Made by a program: the position numbers and the translations under genes. Source: a virus. Taken from it: a DNA stretch of 64,000 bases. The notes under the pieces are model-generated. The model was not told the DNA's origin. It ran no database searches and worked only from the letters and a program-made list of their open reading frames with translations. Positions 47,933-54,997 of the stretch are shown here, piece after piece. The stretch lies in IMG/VR virus record IMGVR_UViG_3300009347_000008; one strand, written 5' to 3'. How positions within the stretch are numbered: position 1 is the stretch's first letter; the number at the start of each line of letters is the position of its first letter.

Positions 47933-48474
47933 TGGTGCCCCGAGCCGGAGTCGAACCGGCACGCTACTTAATTCGCAGGAGATTTTCTTACCACTATAGT
48001 TTTCACTACCAAACAACTTACCATACGTTAAAGGATCTTAGTTTGTTTGTGGTCTGGACTATGCCTTGATCATGCCCACGTCTGGGTTTAGATCGGAACC
48101 GTCTAGTCTCTACACTTTCCTAATCACTGATTAGGCTTAGCTCGGCGTTGTCATGTTAATATCCAGAGGGTTACTTCTAGTGTAACATAGGTAGCTGGCA
48201 CTACACACCCTATACCGGGATTATCCTATTAATTTAGAGTTCGCCGAATTTGATTCCATTCACCTAGTAACTCCGACTGACATATAGGTCTTTCTCCTAT
48301 ATTTAATGCGCTTATCGGATGGCGTCGATACAGATAACTGTTGTCGTTACTATTTTACCGTCTTTCGATTGACTGTTACGCCTATAATAGACTACCAATC
48401 ATTTTTTCGGTGGTGCTCAATATAGCTATCGCTATCTTAAAGTCTCCGGTGTCTACCAATTTCACCATCGGGGC
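47933..48474 (-). tRNA. tRNA-Leu(UAA): tRNA-Leu(UAA) split by a group I intron. Exon 1 is 48440..48474, the intron is 47987..48439, and exon 2 is 47933..47986 (CCA encoded).
   Basis: Exon 1 reads GCCCCGA-TG-GTG-AAATTGGTAGA-CAC-C-GGAGA-CUU. Exon 2 reads AAAA-TCTCC-(17-nt variable arm)-GCCGG-TTCGACT-CCGGC-TCGGGGC-A-CCA. The acceptor stem (GCCCCGA/TCGGGGC) and anticodon stem (GGAGA/TCTCC) pair perfectly. The anticodon is U34|A35A36, with the intron inserted exactly between U34 and A35. Confidence 0.8.
47987..48439 (-). ncRNA. ORF-less group I intron (453 nt) inside tRNA-Leu(UAA)
   Basis: Minus-strand P7 elements: R-like GTGTAGAGACTAGACGG (rc of 48100-48116) and S-like AAGGCATAGTCC (rc of 48053-48064), pairing GACTA/TAGTC. 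P8 is the hairpin CCCA-gacg-TGGG. P9 is the 8-bp stem CAAACAAC/GTTGTTTG. The 5' splice site follows U34 and the last intron nucleotide is G. No ORF of 60 aa or more lies inside. Confidence 0.75.
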
Positions 48475-48493
48475 TAATCTTTCCTACATCTTA

Positions 48494-49351
48494 TTACTTC
48501 GATGGAGTAAGATTTTGAAGATTTACAAAAGGTGTAGCTTCACCAACCACTTGAGGAAGAACACCATTCCATTTCTCAATTGCGAGTTGAGTCAGGACTT
48601 GAGGGTTAGCACGAAGAGCTTCACCACGGATACGGGCTGCTTCTGCTTCACCCTTAGCCAACGCAATAGCTTTGGCAGCATCTGCATTGGCTGCACGCAG
48701 TTCGTTTTCCTTTTGTTGTGCAATCTGTGTAGCAGCAATCTTGTTATTGATTGTCTTATACACAGCTTCAGGGAGTTTCATCTGTCCAACAAAGTAAACA
48801 CTTTCAATAGTGATACCTACTGCTTCTGCACGCTTACGGACATCATCTTCAACCTTTTTTTGCAGCTCAGCTTTACCTGCGCCATATGCATCTTCAACCG
48901 TAACTGAAGAAGCTGCAAGATTCAGAGAATCACGAATCATTGCACGCAGATATACTTGAGTAATCTCATCCACACCACGGCGGTATTTCTGAAAGACTGC
49001 TGGAGCATTCTCTGACTTGATGTAGTAGCTGATACCAAGATCAGTCTTTACAGACAGACCTTCAACTGTTTGGAAAGCAAACGATTCATCAGAGCGACCA
49101 TCTGCTTTGTCGTTGGTATTGTCATTACCACTAGACCAAACAAACGATTGGGTGAATGTTGGGAAAAGGAATAGATCCGTATTAGGACCAATCCAATAAC
49201 GCCCTGGACCAAGTACCGTAACGTTGACACCGCGTTCATCACCGTATTTGTCAATCTTCACACCAACATTGCCTGCTGGCACTGGACTACATCCGGTAGC
49301 GAAGATACCCATTGTAATAACAGCAACAATCATCCAAAGACGCTTAAACAT
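48494..49351 (-). CDS. SPFH/Band-7 (stomatin/HflC-like) lipoprotein (285 aa)
   Basis: Signal peptide with a Cys lipobox (MGIFATGC), followed by a conserved SPFH core and a long Ala/Glu-rich coiled-coil tail (AEAARIRGEALRANPQVLTQLAIEKW). Confidence 0.7.
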   Translation of the reverse strand: MFKRLWMIVAVITMGIFATGCSPVPAGNVGVKIDKYGDERGVNVTVLGPGRYWIGPNTDLFLFPTFTQSFVWSSGNDNTNDKADGRSDESFAFQTVEGLSVKTDLGISYYIKSENAPAVFQKYRRGVDEITQVYLRAMIRDSLNLAASSVTVEDAYGAGKAELQKKVEDDVRKRAEAVGITIESVYFVGQMKLPEAVYKTINNKIAATQIAQQKENELRAANADAAKAIALAKGEAEAARIRGEALRANPQVLTQLAIEKWNGVLPQVVGEATPFVNLQNLTPSK

Positions 49352-49565
49352 TTTCTTCTACCTCTTTTTTAGATTTGATAAAAAACAGTTTCTTAACCAC
49401 TGCAAAGACTATCCAAATGTAGAGGAACCACACGAGTGGAACCAATGCAAATGTGAATGTGCTGTTATAATTAACCAGCATTGGTGTAATGCTTCCGATC
49501 AAATAGACGGAAAACATCAGTAGTACTAAGAGTACAAAGGTTTTAAAGAATGTAAAATTCTTCAT
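49344..49565 (-). CDS. Small two-TM membrane protein (73 aa) overlapping the SPFH gene start; possible NfeD-like partner
   Basis: Two hydrophobic helices; its last 8 nt overlap the start of the downstream SPFH gene. Confidence 0.45.
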   Translation of the reverse strand: MKNFTFFKTFVLLVLLMFSVYLIGSITPMLVNYNSTFTFALVPLVWFLYIWIVFAVVKKLFFIKSKKEVEENV

Positions 49566-49774
49566 GATTCGTCTTCTTCCTTGTCCTTAAGGACTGCCAA
49601 TCGTTCACAGAAATCAATGGTGGTTGCTTCTGCTATCTCTTCGACAGATTGATTCTCAATCTCTTCGATTGTTTCGAGTCTACCGCAACGTCTCTCATCT
49701 TCCCAAGCTGCGAACAACTTATACAACTGAGCTTTAGTAGCCGTAATCGTTTCATTGGAATTTGAGATATGCAT
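49562..49774 (-). CDS. Small acidic protein (~70 aa from the internal Met)
   Basis: ORF; the track version (49562..49894) overlaps the macro-domain gene, so the start was moved to the internal Met. Confidence 0.35.
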   Translation of the reverse strand: MHISNSNETITATKAQLYKLFAAWEDERRCGRLETIEEIENQSVEEIAEATTIDFCERLAVLKDKEEDES

Positions 49775-49775
49775 A

Positions 49776-50285
49776 TTAGATACTACAAACGTAGATTTGA
49801 ATTGGATACTTCTGGGCAACGTCTTGTACCAATGGATACACTTCTGTATTCCAATCAAGGCCACCAAACCCACAACCGATCTTCGGCATTGCAATTGATT
49901 TAGGGAGAGACTCTGTGTATTGCACAGAATGAGCTAAATGCAGTAGTGCTGTATGAATACTAGTTTGATCAGCATATTTAGCACCGTCTTTACCGTAGAA
50001 GTTCTGGGTAAAGAGATTAGCAATGAAAGTATCTTTGTCTTTCACTATTTGGGAAAGACCAAGTAATTGATTAGCTCTATTTGGATCGCAGAAACGTCCG
50101 AAAATAAAAGACTCACCAGAATTACCTGTAAGGTACAGCCTCATGTACTCTTCATAAGCCTTTGGGTATTGCGCTCTTACCTGTTTGGCTACACCAGAAT
50201 TCATTTTACCTTGACAGTTAACACCATGAGCAATAACTGAGGTATTAGAGAAATCAAAAACAGACTGGCTTCGATATTCGATCAT
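49776..50285 (-). CDS. Macro-domain protein (ADP-ribose binding/processing; ~169 aa from MIEYRSQ...)
   Basis: VIAHGVNCQGKMNSGVAKQV (like the macro NAAN...GGGV segment) and PKIGCGFGG (like the GIGxxG segment). The track start 50327 would overlap tRNA-Met, so the start was moved. Confidence 0.65.
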   Translation of the reverse strand: MIEYRSQSVFDFSNTSVIAHGVNCQGKMNSGVAKQVRAQYPKAYEEYMRLYLTGNSGESFIFGRFCDPNRANQLLGLSQIVKDKDTFIANLFTQNFYGKDGAKYADQTSIHTALLHLAHSVQYTESLPKSIAMPKIGCGFGGLDWNTEVYPLVQDVAQKYPIQIYVCSI

Positions 50286-50299
50286 AATAAGAATCCTAG

Positions 50300-50374
50300 T
50301 GGTGGGAAAAGCGGGATTCGAACCCACGCCTTAACGATTATGAGTCGTCAGTACTACCGCTATACGATCTTCCC
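50300..50374 (-). tRNA. tRNA-Met(CAU): tRNA-Met or tRNA-Ile2 (anticodon CAU), CCA encoded
   Basis: GGGAAGA acceptor stem pairs with TTTTCCC; anticodon arm GACGA-CTCATAA-TCGTT; T arm GTGGG-TTCGAAT-CCCGC. The G1-C72 pair argues for an elongator type. Confidence 0.75.
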
Positions 50375-50383
50375 TTATTATTC

Positions 50384-50800
50384 TTATTGACTAGACATGT
50401 AACCCCACTGTCCGTTAAGAGCAGTAGCTGTTAATTTGAATTCATGTAGAGCAACTTCTGATGGAACATTATCACCAGTTAGAAACACCTCTATAAACAC
50501 TTTAGCGTGTTTATAATCACCTAATAAACGAGCTAAAAGATTGATACGTTTTTTATCCGATTCACTAACTGAATGGATATTAAATACGCCAAGACTTTTC
50601 ATGAAGAGTGTTATCTTCGAGTGGTAAGATTTATTGTAGTCCTTACCAATACTAATAATACTCTTACCATCTTCAGAAATACCTTCACTTACAGAGGTAT
50701 CTTTAAAGATATTGATATAAACAATTGGTTGTTTATTAGCAACGTTACGAAGTGAAAAATCACGTAATTCGTAATTGTTAGATTCATCAAAAAGTTTCAT
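50384..50800 (-). CDS. Hypothetical protein (138 aa)
   Basis: ORF between two tRNA genes. Confidence 0.5.
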   Translation of the reverse strand: MKLFDESNNYELRDFSLRNVANKQPIVYINIFKDTSVSEGISEDGKSIISIGKDYNKSYHSKITLFMKSLGVFNIHSVSESDKKRINLLARLLGDYKHAKVFIEVFLTGDNVPSEVALHEFKLTATALNGQWGYMSSQ

Positions 50801-50846
50801 TTCAAACTACTTTCTTTTCGATTAAGAAGAAAAAAAAATCCTCTTA

Positions 50847-50920
50847 GGGATAGCCACTATGGATCGAACCCAGAACCACAGGGGTCACATCCCTGCGCTC
50901 TACCATTGAACTAAGATGGA
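50847..50920 (-). tRNA. tRNA-His(GUG): tRNA-His(GUG)-like gene with a non-canonical acceptor region; possible pseudo-tRNA or a gene needing 5' repair
   Basis: D arm TA-GTTC-AATGGTA-GAGC and anticodon arm CAGGG-ATGTGAC-CCCTG are perfect. The T arm CTGGG-TTCGATC-CATAG has one G-A mismatch. The 3' strand reads TGGCTATCCC with no CCA. The 5' strand TCCATCT cannot pair with it. Confidence 0.45.
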
Positions 50921-50926
50921 ATGTAT

Positions 50927-51316
50927 TTATTCAACAATGACTCGTCCATGAGTCAAAGTAGTAACCTTATCTAATTTCTTCTCTTGCCAAGTTTCCATCC
51001 AAGGCCCACGGAAACTAATAGCCCAAGTTACTTCCTGCGCTACGATCTTGTGGAAACAATCTCTTGGTGTGAATTTAGGCTTAAGGCTAGGACGCCAAGG
51101 TAGTGGTGTTCTGTCATCAGCAAAGTACTCCATGACTCTACCCTTGATCCACCAAGTCCATGCATTGAAAGCATGGCTGTGAAATGCTTCACGACTACCT
51201 TTAGAGAATCTCAATATCACAATTGAGAAACCTAACTTCCATTCAATCAACCAATACCCAGTAACTCCTGAGTTTGGTCCACCATCGTGACTCTTTTTAA
51301 AGAGTTCGATTTTCAT
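50927..51316 (-). CDS. Hypothetical protein (129 aa)
   Basis: ORF. Confidence 0.5.
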   Translation of the reverse strand: MKIELFKKSHDGGPNSGVTGYWLIEWKLGFSIVILRFSKGSREAFHSHAFNAWTWWIKGRVMEYFADDRTPLPWRPSLKPKFTPRDCFHKIVAQEVTWAISFRGPWMETWQEKKLDKVTTLTHGRVIVE

Positions 51317-51368
51317 AGCTTACTCCTTAAAAAGAAAAAAAGAATACCGAAAGATATTCTTTTAGAAA

Positions 51369-51956
51369 TCACCAGTATTTCATTACTGTATTTCTGGAGA
51401 TTTTTAATTGATCTGCGATCTTGTAAACACTTAAACCTTGGCTCCTGAGAGCTTTGATTTGATTAATAATATCTTGACTCTTTGTTCGACCTACAGGAAA
51501 AGCTTCTGGATTTGTTTCTATTTGATATTTAGCTTTACATGAATTAGAACAGAAGATTAGTCCACTACCATTATTAGTATAATGTTTGTAGAACTTTTCA
51601 CCCATACTTCTTTCAGTTAAAGTAAAATCTTTACCACAATATGGACAAGCTAAATCAAATTTCTGCTGTACATTATTGATGTAATGTAAGCGTTGCTTCT
51701 CTCGATTTTGTTCAGGTGTTAGGATTTGAAGATTGTTAGGATCATCATTGGTTTTATTATTGTCAATGTGGTCTACTTCTTCTTGGTCAGTTAAGAAGCG
51801 ACCAAGCTTAACCGCCATTAAATATCTAGCCAATGTAGTTCCTGTTAGAGAACCATCAAATCTTTTTAATGTGACAGCTCTCCTGCCTTCATTATTCACA
51901 TAAACATAACCTGCCTGATACTCAGTATTAAAAGGATATTCTAAATCTATTTTCAT
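51369..51956 (-). CDS. Free-standing HNH endonuclease (195 aa) embedded in the tRNA cluster
   Basis: VDHIDNNKTNDDPNNLQILTPEQN (HNH_3-type) followed by a Cys cluster (CPYCG...CSNSC) and a C-terminal HTH-like segment. Confidence 0.65.
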   Translation of the reverse strand: MKIDLEYPFNTEYQAGYVYVNNEGRRAVTLKRFDGSLTGTTLARYLMAVKLGRFLTDQEEVDHIDNNKTNDDPNNLQILTPEQNREKQRLHYINNVQQKFDLACPYCGKDFTLTERSMGEKFYKHYTNNGSGLIFCSNSCKAKYQIETNPEAFPVGRTKSQDIINQIKALRSQGLSVYKIADQLKISRNTVMKYW

Positions 51957-51984
51957 AGCAACTCCATTAATTGTTCAGATTAAT

Positions 51985-52006
51985 GATATATTGCTGAAAT
52001 GATTTT
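51985..52006 (-). promoter_or_regulatory. Promoter-like box copy 4 (GATATATTGCTGAAATGATTTT)
   Basis: Conserved box immediately 3' of tRNA-Arg and ~30-50 nt upstream of the HNH gene start. Confidence 0.45.
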
Positions 52007-52015
52007 AGAAATAAA

Positions 52016-52090
52016 TGGTGGGCGATCCAAGAATCGAACTTGGAACTAAAACTTAGAAGGTTCTTGTTATTTCCATTTAACTAATCGCCC
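52016..52090 (-). tRNA. tRNA-Arg(UCU): tRNA-Arg(UCU), CCA encoded
   Basis: Acceptor GGGCGAT/ATCGCCC; D stem GTTA/TAAC; anticodon arm AGAAC-CTTCTAA-GTTTT; T arm CCAAG-TTCGATT-CTTGG. Confidence 0.8.
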
Positions 52091-52176
52091 TTGTCCTTTA
52101 CTCTAATCCAACTGAGTTACAGACGCTTTATCTTTAAGCTGTTGCTACTATTCGCTGAGCTATGGGCAGTTATGTT

Positions 52177-52464
52177 TCAATTCTTCGGTGGTTCAGGTTC
52201 ACCGAACTGTTCTAGACATCTAGCTGCTGGCTGACTCTTATCAGCAAAACATGCTGTAAATTCAGCACGAGCAGGTCCAGTAGGATCACCACATTTCTCC
52301 AAGATAGCACCAGCTTCAATGTACCATCCTGGTGATAACTCATTAGACTCTTTGACTGCTGTGTCTAGCAATTGACAAGTCTGATACGTAGTTTTGTATG
52401 GCACTACAGTACAACCACTAAGAAGTACTGCTGCTACTGCTAACGCAGTCTTTACATTTTTCAT
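52177..52464 (-). CDS. Small Cys-rich secreted lipoprotein (95 aa)
   Basis: Signal peptide with a classic lipobox (LLSGC) and six further Cys; GC above background; located between tRNA-Arg and tRNA-Ser. Confidence 0.55.
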   Translation of the reverse strand: MKNVKTALAVAAVLLSGCTVVPYKTTYQTCQLLDTAVKESNELSPGWYIEAGAILEKCGDPTGPARAEFTACFADKSQPAARCLEQFGEPEPPKN

Positions 52465-52478
52465 GTTTACTCCTTAAA

Positions 52479-52566
52479 TGGCGGAAGAAGTGAGATTCGA
52501 ACTCACGGATAGTCACCCATCGCCGGTTTTCAAGACCGGTCCATTAAACCACTCTGGCACTCTTCC
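52479..52566 (-). tRNA. tRNA-Ser(UGA): tRNA-Ser(UGA) with a long variable arm, CCA encoded
   Basis: Acceptor GGAAGAG/TTCTTCC; anticodon arm CCGGT-CTTGAAA-ACCGG; long variable arm; T arm GTGAG-TTCGAAT-CTCAC; 88 nt. Confidence 0.8.
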
Positions 52567-52819
52567 TATTTGATTAGACGGTTTATTCCAGTACATCACC
52601 GAAAGTTTCTTAACTATCTGGAACTTAGGCAGGTCAATATTAATTACAATCGTCAGACCTTTATGGCGTTCTACCAAGATAGAATTATTTTGCTGCTTTG
52701 TACCCAACATCGCAACAAACCCGCCTGCAATTGAGATTGTAATGTACAGCCGATCGTGTCAACTTTTGTACATAATAATAATTCTAACAATAAAAAATAC
52801 ATATTAAAGAAAAAAGAAA

Positions 52820-52835
52820 AGCACCCGAAGGTGCT
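52820..52835. terminator. Short hairpin AGCACC-CGAA-GGTGCT in an A-rich/T-rich context
   Basis: Member of the CCCGAAGG hairpin family downstream of 52957..53529. Confidence 0.45.
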
Positions 52836-52956
52836 CATCTTTATCGGAAGAAGTATCGTTTGATCTTTTCCCAGAATTTCAGCGATGAGACGAGCTAGAT
52901 GTCTTTACCCAAAATCAAACCATTTAATTTAGAAAACGGCTCTGGATTTGTGGTAA

Positions 52957-53529
52957 TCAATTGGTAAGATCATCGAAATCTTCATGGCTGACAACAATAT
53001 CTGAATCGAGAATGTGATCAACGATTCCATGTTGACTTAGCATTTCTTTTATCTCTTGGAGATTCATCCGTGTTGTATGACGATGCGGGTCGTAGACTTT
53101 GTCATAGATTTTGAGGAACTCTTCGTAGGTGTCTGTTCCGAAAAGAATCGTAGCCACATTTTCACAACCCGTTCCACTTGCATCATGAATGGATTTAACT
53201 CCAAGACCTGTGCAAATTTGTTGTACGAAGAACTTGAACTTGGTTTTCTTACCGATGGACAAAGAGAAGAGATCACCATCGGGACTGACCAAATAAACGA
53301 AGTTGTCAAAAGCAGACAATCTCTTTTGTTTTGTTTCTGTCGGATTCTTCAAGTAATCCAACACCTGGAATTCAGACCTATTAGTCGGAATGAAGAGACC
53401 GTACTTGGTTATGAAGTGACGAGGATCAAAGATTTCGGTGGTCGGTTTATCGTTAGGTGTTACCTTGAAACGATGATTGAAGATGATGTTATCGCCGTGG
53501 ATAATCATTGGACGGCTAGTGGTGGCCAT
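52957..53529 (-). CDS. Hypothetical protein (190 aa)
   Basis: ORF; the opposite-strand ORF 53056..53880 was judged an artefact. Confidence 0.55.
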   Translation of the reverse strand: MATTSRPMIIHGDNIIFNHRFKVTPNDKPTTEIFDPRHFITKYGLFIPTNRSEFQVLDYLKNPTETKQKRLSAFDNFVYLVSPDGDLFSLSIGKKTKFKFFVQQICTGLGVKSIHDASGTGCENVATILFGTDTYEEFLKIYDKVYDPHRHTTRMNLQEIKEMLSQHGIVDHILDSDIVVSHEDFDDLTN

Positions 53530-53550
53530 TGTCTTTTACCTTCTAAGTGG

Positions 53551-54084
53551 TTAGATGAACTTCTTCTTTTTCAAGTCGTAAGCCGTGAACTCTCTACTGA
53601 TAGTGCCCTTATACTGGGAAACACCCTTGAACACTTGTGCAGGTGTCATACCAGCATTGAGCATTGCAAAGACAAAGGAAGGTGTAAACAGCCTCGCCTG
53701 ATCTTTATCGCCGTTATGGTTAACTACACGTTTGTCACCACGGCCAGCAGCAGTAACCAAAGAGAAATATTTCTTAGCACTGGTGCGGAAGATTGCCAAC
53801 ATATCAACATCAATATTCATGATGATTTGATCGAACGTGAGCATAGAGCTATCGAGGTCTTTCTTTGCTTTTATGTCTGACTTCCAGACATCATAACCAC
53901 GTTCGAGACGTTCGAGAATATCAGGAATGTTCTCAGGAACATTATCCATGATCGCAATTATTACTTTACCTGATTCGGAGACAAAGATTTTGTTATCTGT
54001 CAAAGAAGGGGCGAAGTTCTTGTAGTCATGAATCTGAAAACAATCAGCATACAGGACATCATTATACAGGAAACACATCGACAT
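53551..54084 (-). CDS. Hypothetical protein (177 aa)
   Basis: ORF. Confidence 0.55.
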   Translation of the reverse strand: MSMCFLYNDVLYADCFQIHDYKNFAPSLTDNKIFVSESGKVIIAIMDNVPENIPDILERLERGYDVWKSDIKAKKDLDSSMLTFDQIIMNIDVDMLAIFRTSAKKYFSLVTAAGRGDKRVVNHNGDKDQARLFTPSFVFAMLNAGMTPAQVFKGVSQYKGTISREFTAYDLKKKKFI

Positions 54085-54126
54085 TCTTCTATCCTTTCAA
54101 AAAATGGAACGTCATAAAAAGAAAGA

Positions 54127-54152
54127 GCACCCGAAGGCACTCTTTCTTTGGA
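54127..54152. terminator. Imperfect hairpin of the CCCGAAGG family (AAGAGCACC-CGAA-GGCACTCTT)
   Basis: Palindrome with two internal mismatches, flanked by CATAAAAAG/CTTTGG. Confidence 0.45.
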
Positions 54153-54158
54153 TATCAA

Positions 54159-54434
54159 TTATGCGCAGCTAGCTTCGAACTGAGCGCGTTGGGCAGCCGT
54201 CAGAACAGGATTGCCCTTACCGGTCTTCTTGGGCTTTTCTTCAGCGACCAGTGTCCAATTGGTGGAGCCTTCTTCTCGCGTCAGGAAAACAGTTTGACCG
54301 ACTTCAGGATCTTTGATGGCGGAGACATCCACCTTGTATTCACCTTCACGACCCTTAAGGGTGATGCCGTCTTTCTCGATCAGATCAACGATTGCGAAGT
54401 TCTTTTCTTTGCGAACAAAAGGTACGAAAGACAT
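54159..54434 (-). CDS. Small GC-rich protein (91 aa), function unknown; probably highly expressed
   Basis: ORF with markedly elevated GC and its own hairpins on both sides. Confidence 0.5.
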   Translation of the reverse strand: MSFVPFVRKEKNFAIVDLIEKDGITLKGREGEYKVDVSAIKDPEVGQTVFLTREEGSTNWTLVAEEKPKKTGKGNPVLTAAQRAQFEASCA

Positions 54435-54536
54435 GAGTTTCCTTTAAAGAAGGTTGTTAATTGGTTTGGTTGTCAAAGTATTACATGGTAATACATAAAC
54501 ATGATATATGGTTGTAATTATTTTAAATAAACATCA

Positions 54537-54567
54537 TAAGAAGGAGTACCCGAAGGTACTCCCTTTA
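54537..54567. terminator. Hairpin GGAGTACC-CGAA-GGTACTCC within CATAAG...CTTTATG
   Basis: Perfect palindrome with a CGAA loop. Confidence 0.65.
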
Positions 54568-54739
54568 TGACCCCTTGGTGATAGCGTCAGGCTTACGATC
54601 TAAACAACATTTGAAAGGATAGAAAGAAAAATGTAAGATCAAACACGAAAGCGCTATCGCAACGAGAAACTGATTAAATATAAATACCTAGTCATCCAGT
54701 GTATTCTTTCCGTAACACACTTTCTAACCACATACTATA

Positions 54740-54991
54740 TTAGCCTAGTTTATTTTTAATAAACTCGACTACAGCGTTGACTGTGAAGGGTTTACCTTGG
54801 AAGGCATCTTCCCAGTCTTCATCAGGGATCTCAAGATTGAATTCATCTTCAAGACCCATGACAATCTCTACATTATCCAAGGAATCGAGTTCACCCGATA
54901 GATCCTTTTCATGATCAACTTCACTGATGTCCAACATGGCAACATCATTGATCACTTCTTTAACGCGTTTGAGGATTTCGTTCTGTTCCAT
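54740..54991 (-). CDS. Acyl carrier protein-like (83 aa)
   Basis: [21 protein letters not shown] matches the ACP phosphopantetheine-attachment motif (DSLD with the modified Ser) and helix II. Confidence 0.7.
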   Translation of the reverse strand: MEQNEILKRVKEVINDVAMLDISEVDHEKDLSGELDSLDNVEIVMGLEDEFNLEIPDEDWEDAFQGKPFTVNAVVEFIKNKLG

Positions 54992-54997
54992 TTTATC

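Noticed and set aside
47848-48069. 73-aa plus-strand ORF
   Set aside because: It lies inside exon 2 and the intron of the minus-strand tRNA-Leu gene; the RNA structure explains the region.
52513-52710. 65-aa minus-strand ORF
   Set aside because: It overlaps the 3' half of tRNA-Ser(UGA) and has no RBS; it is most likely spurious.
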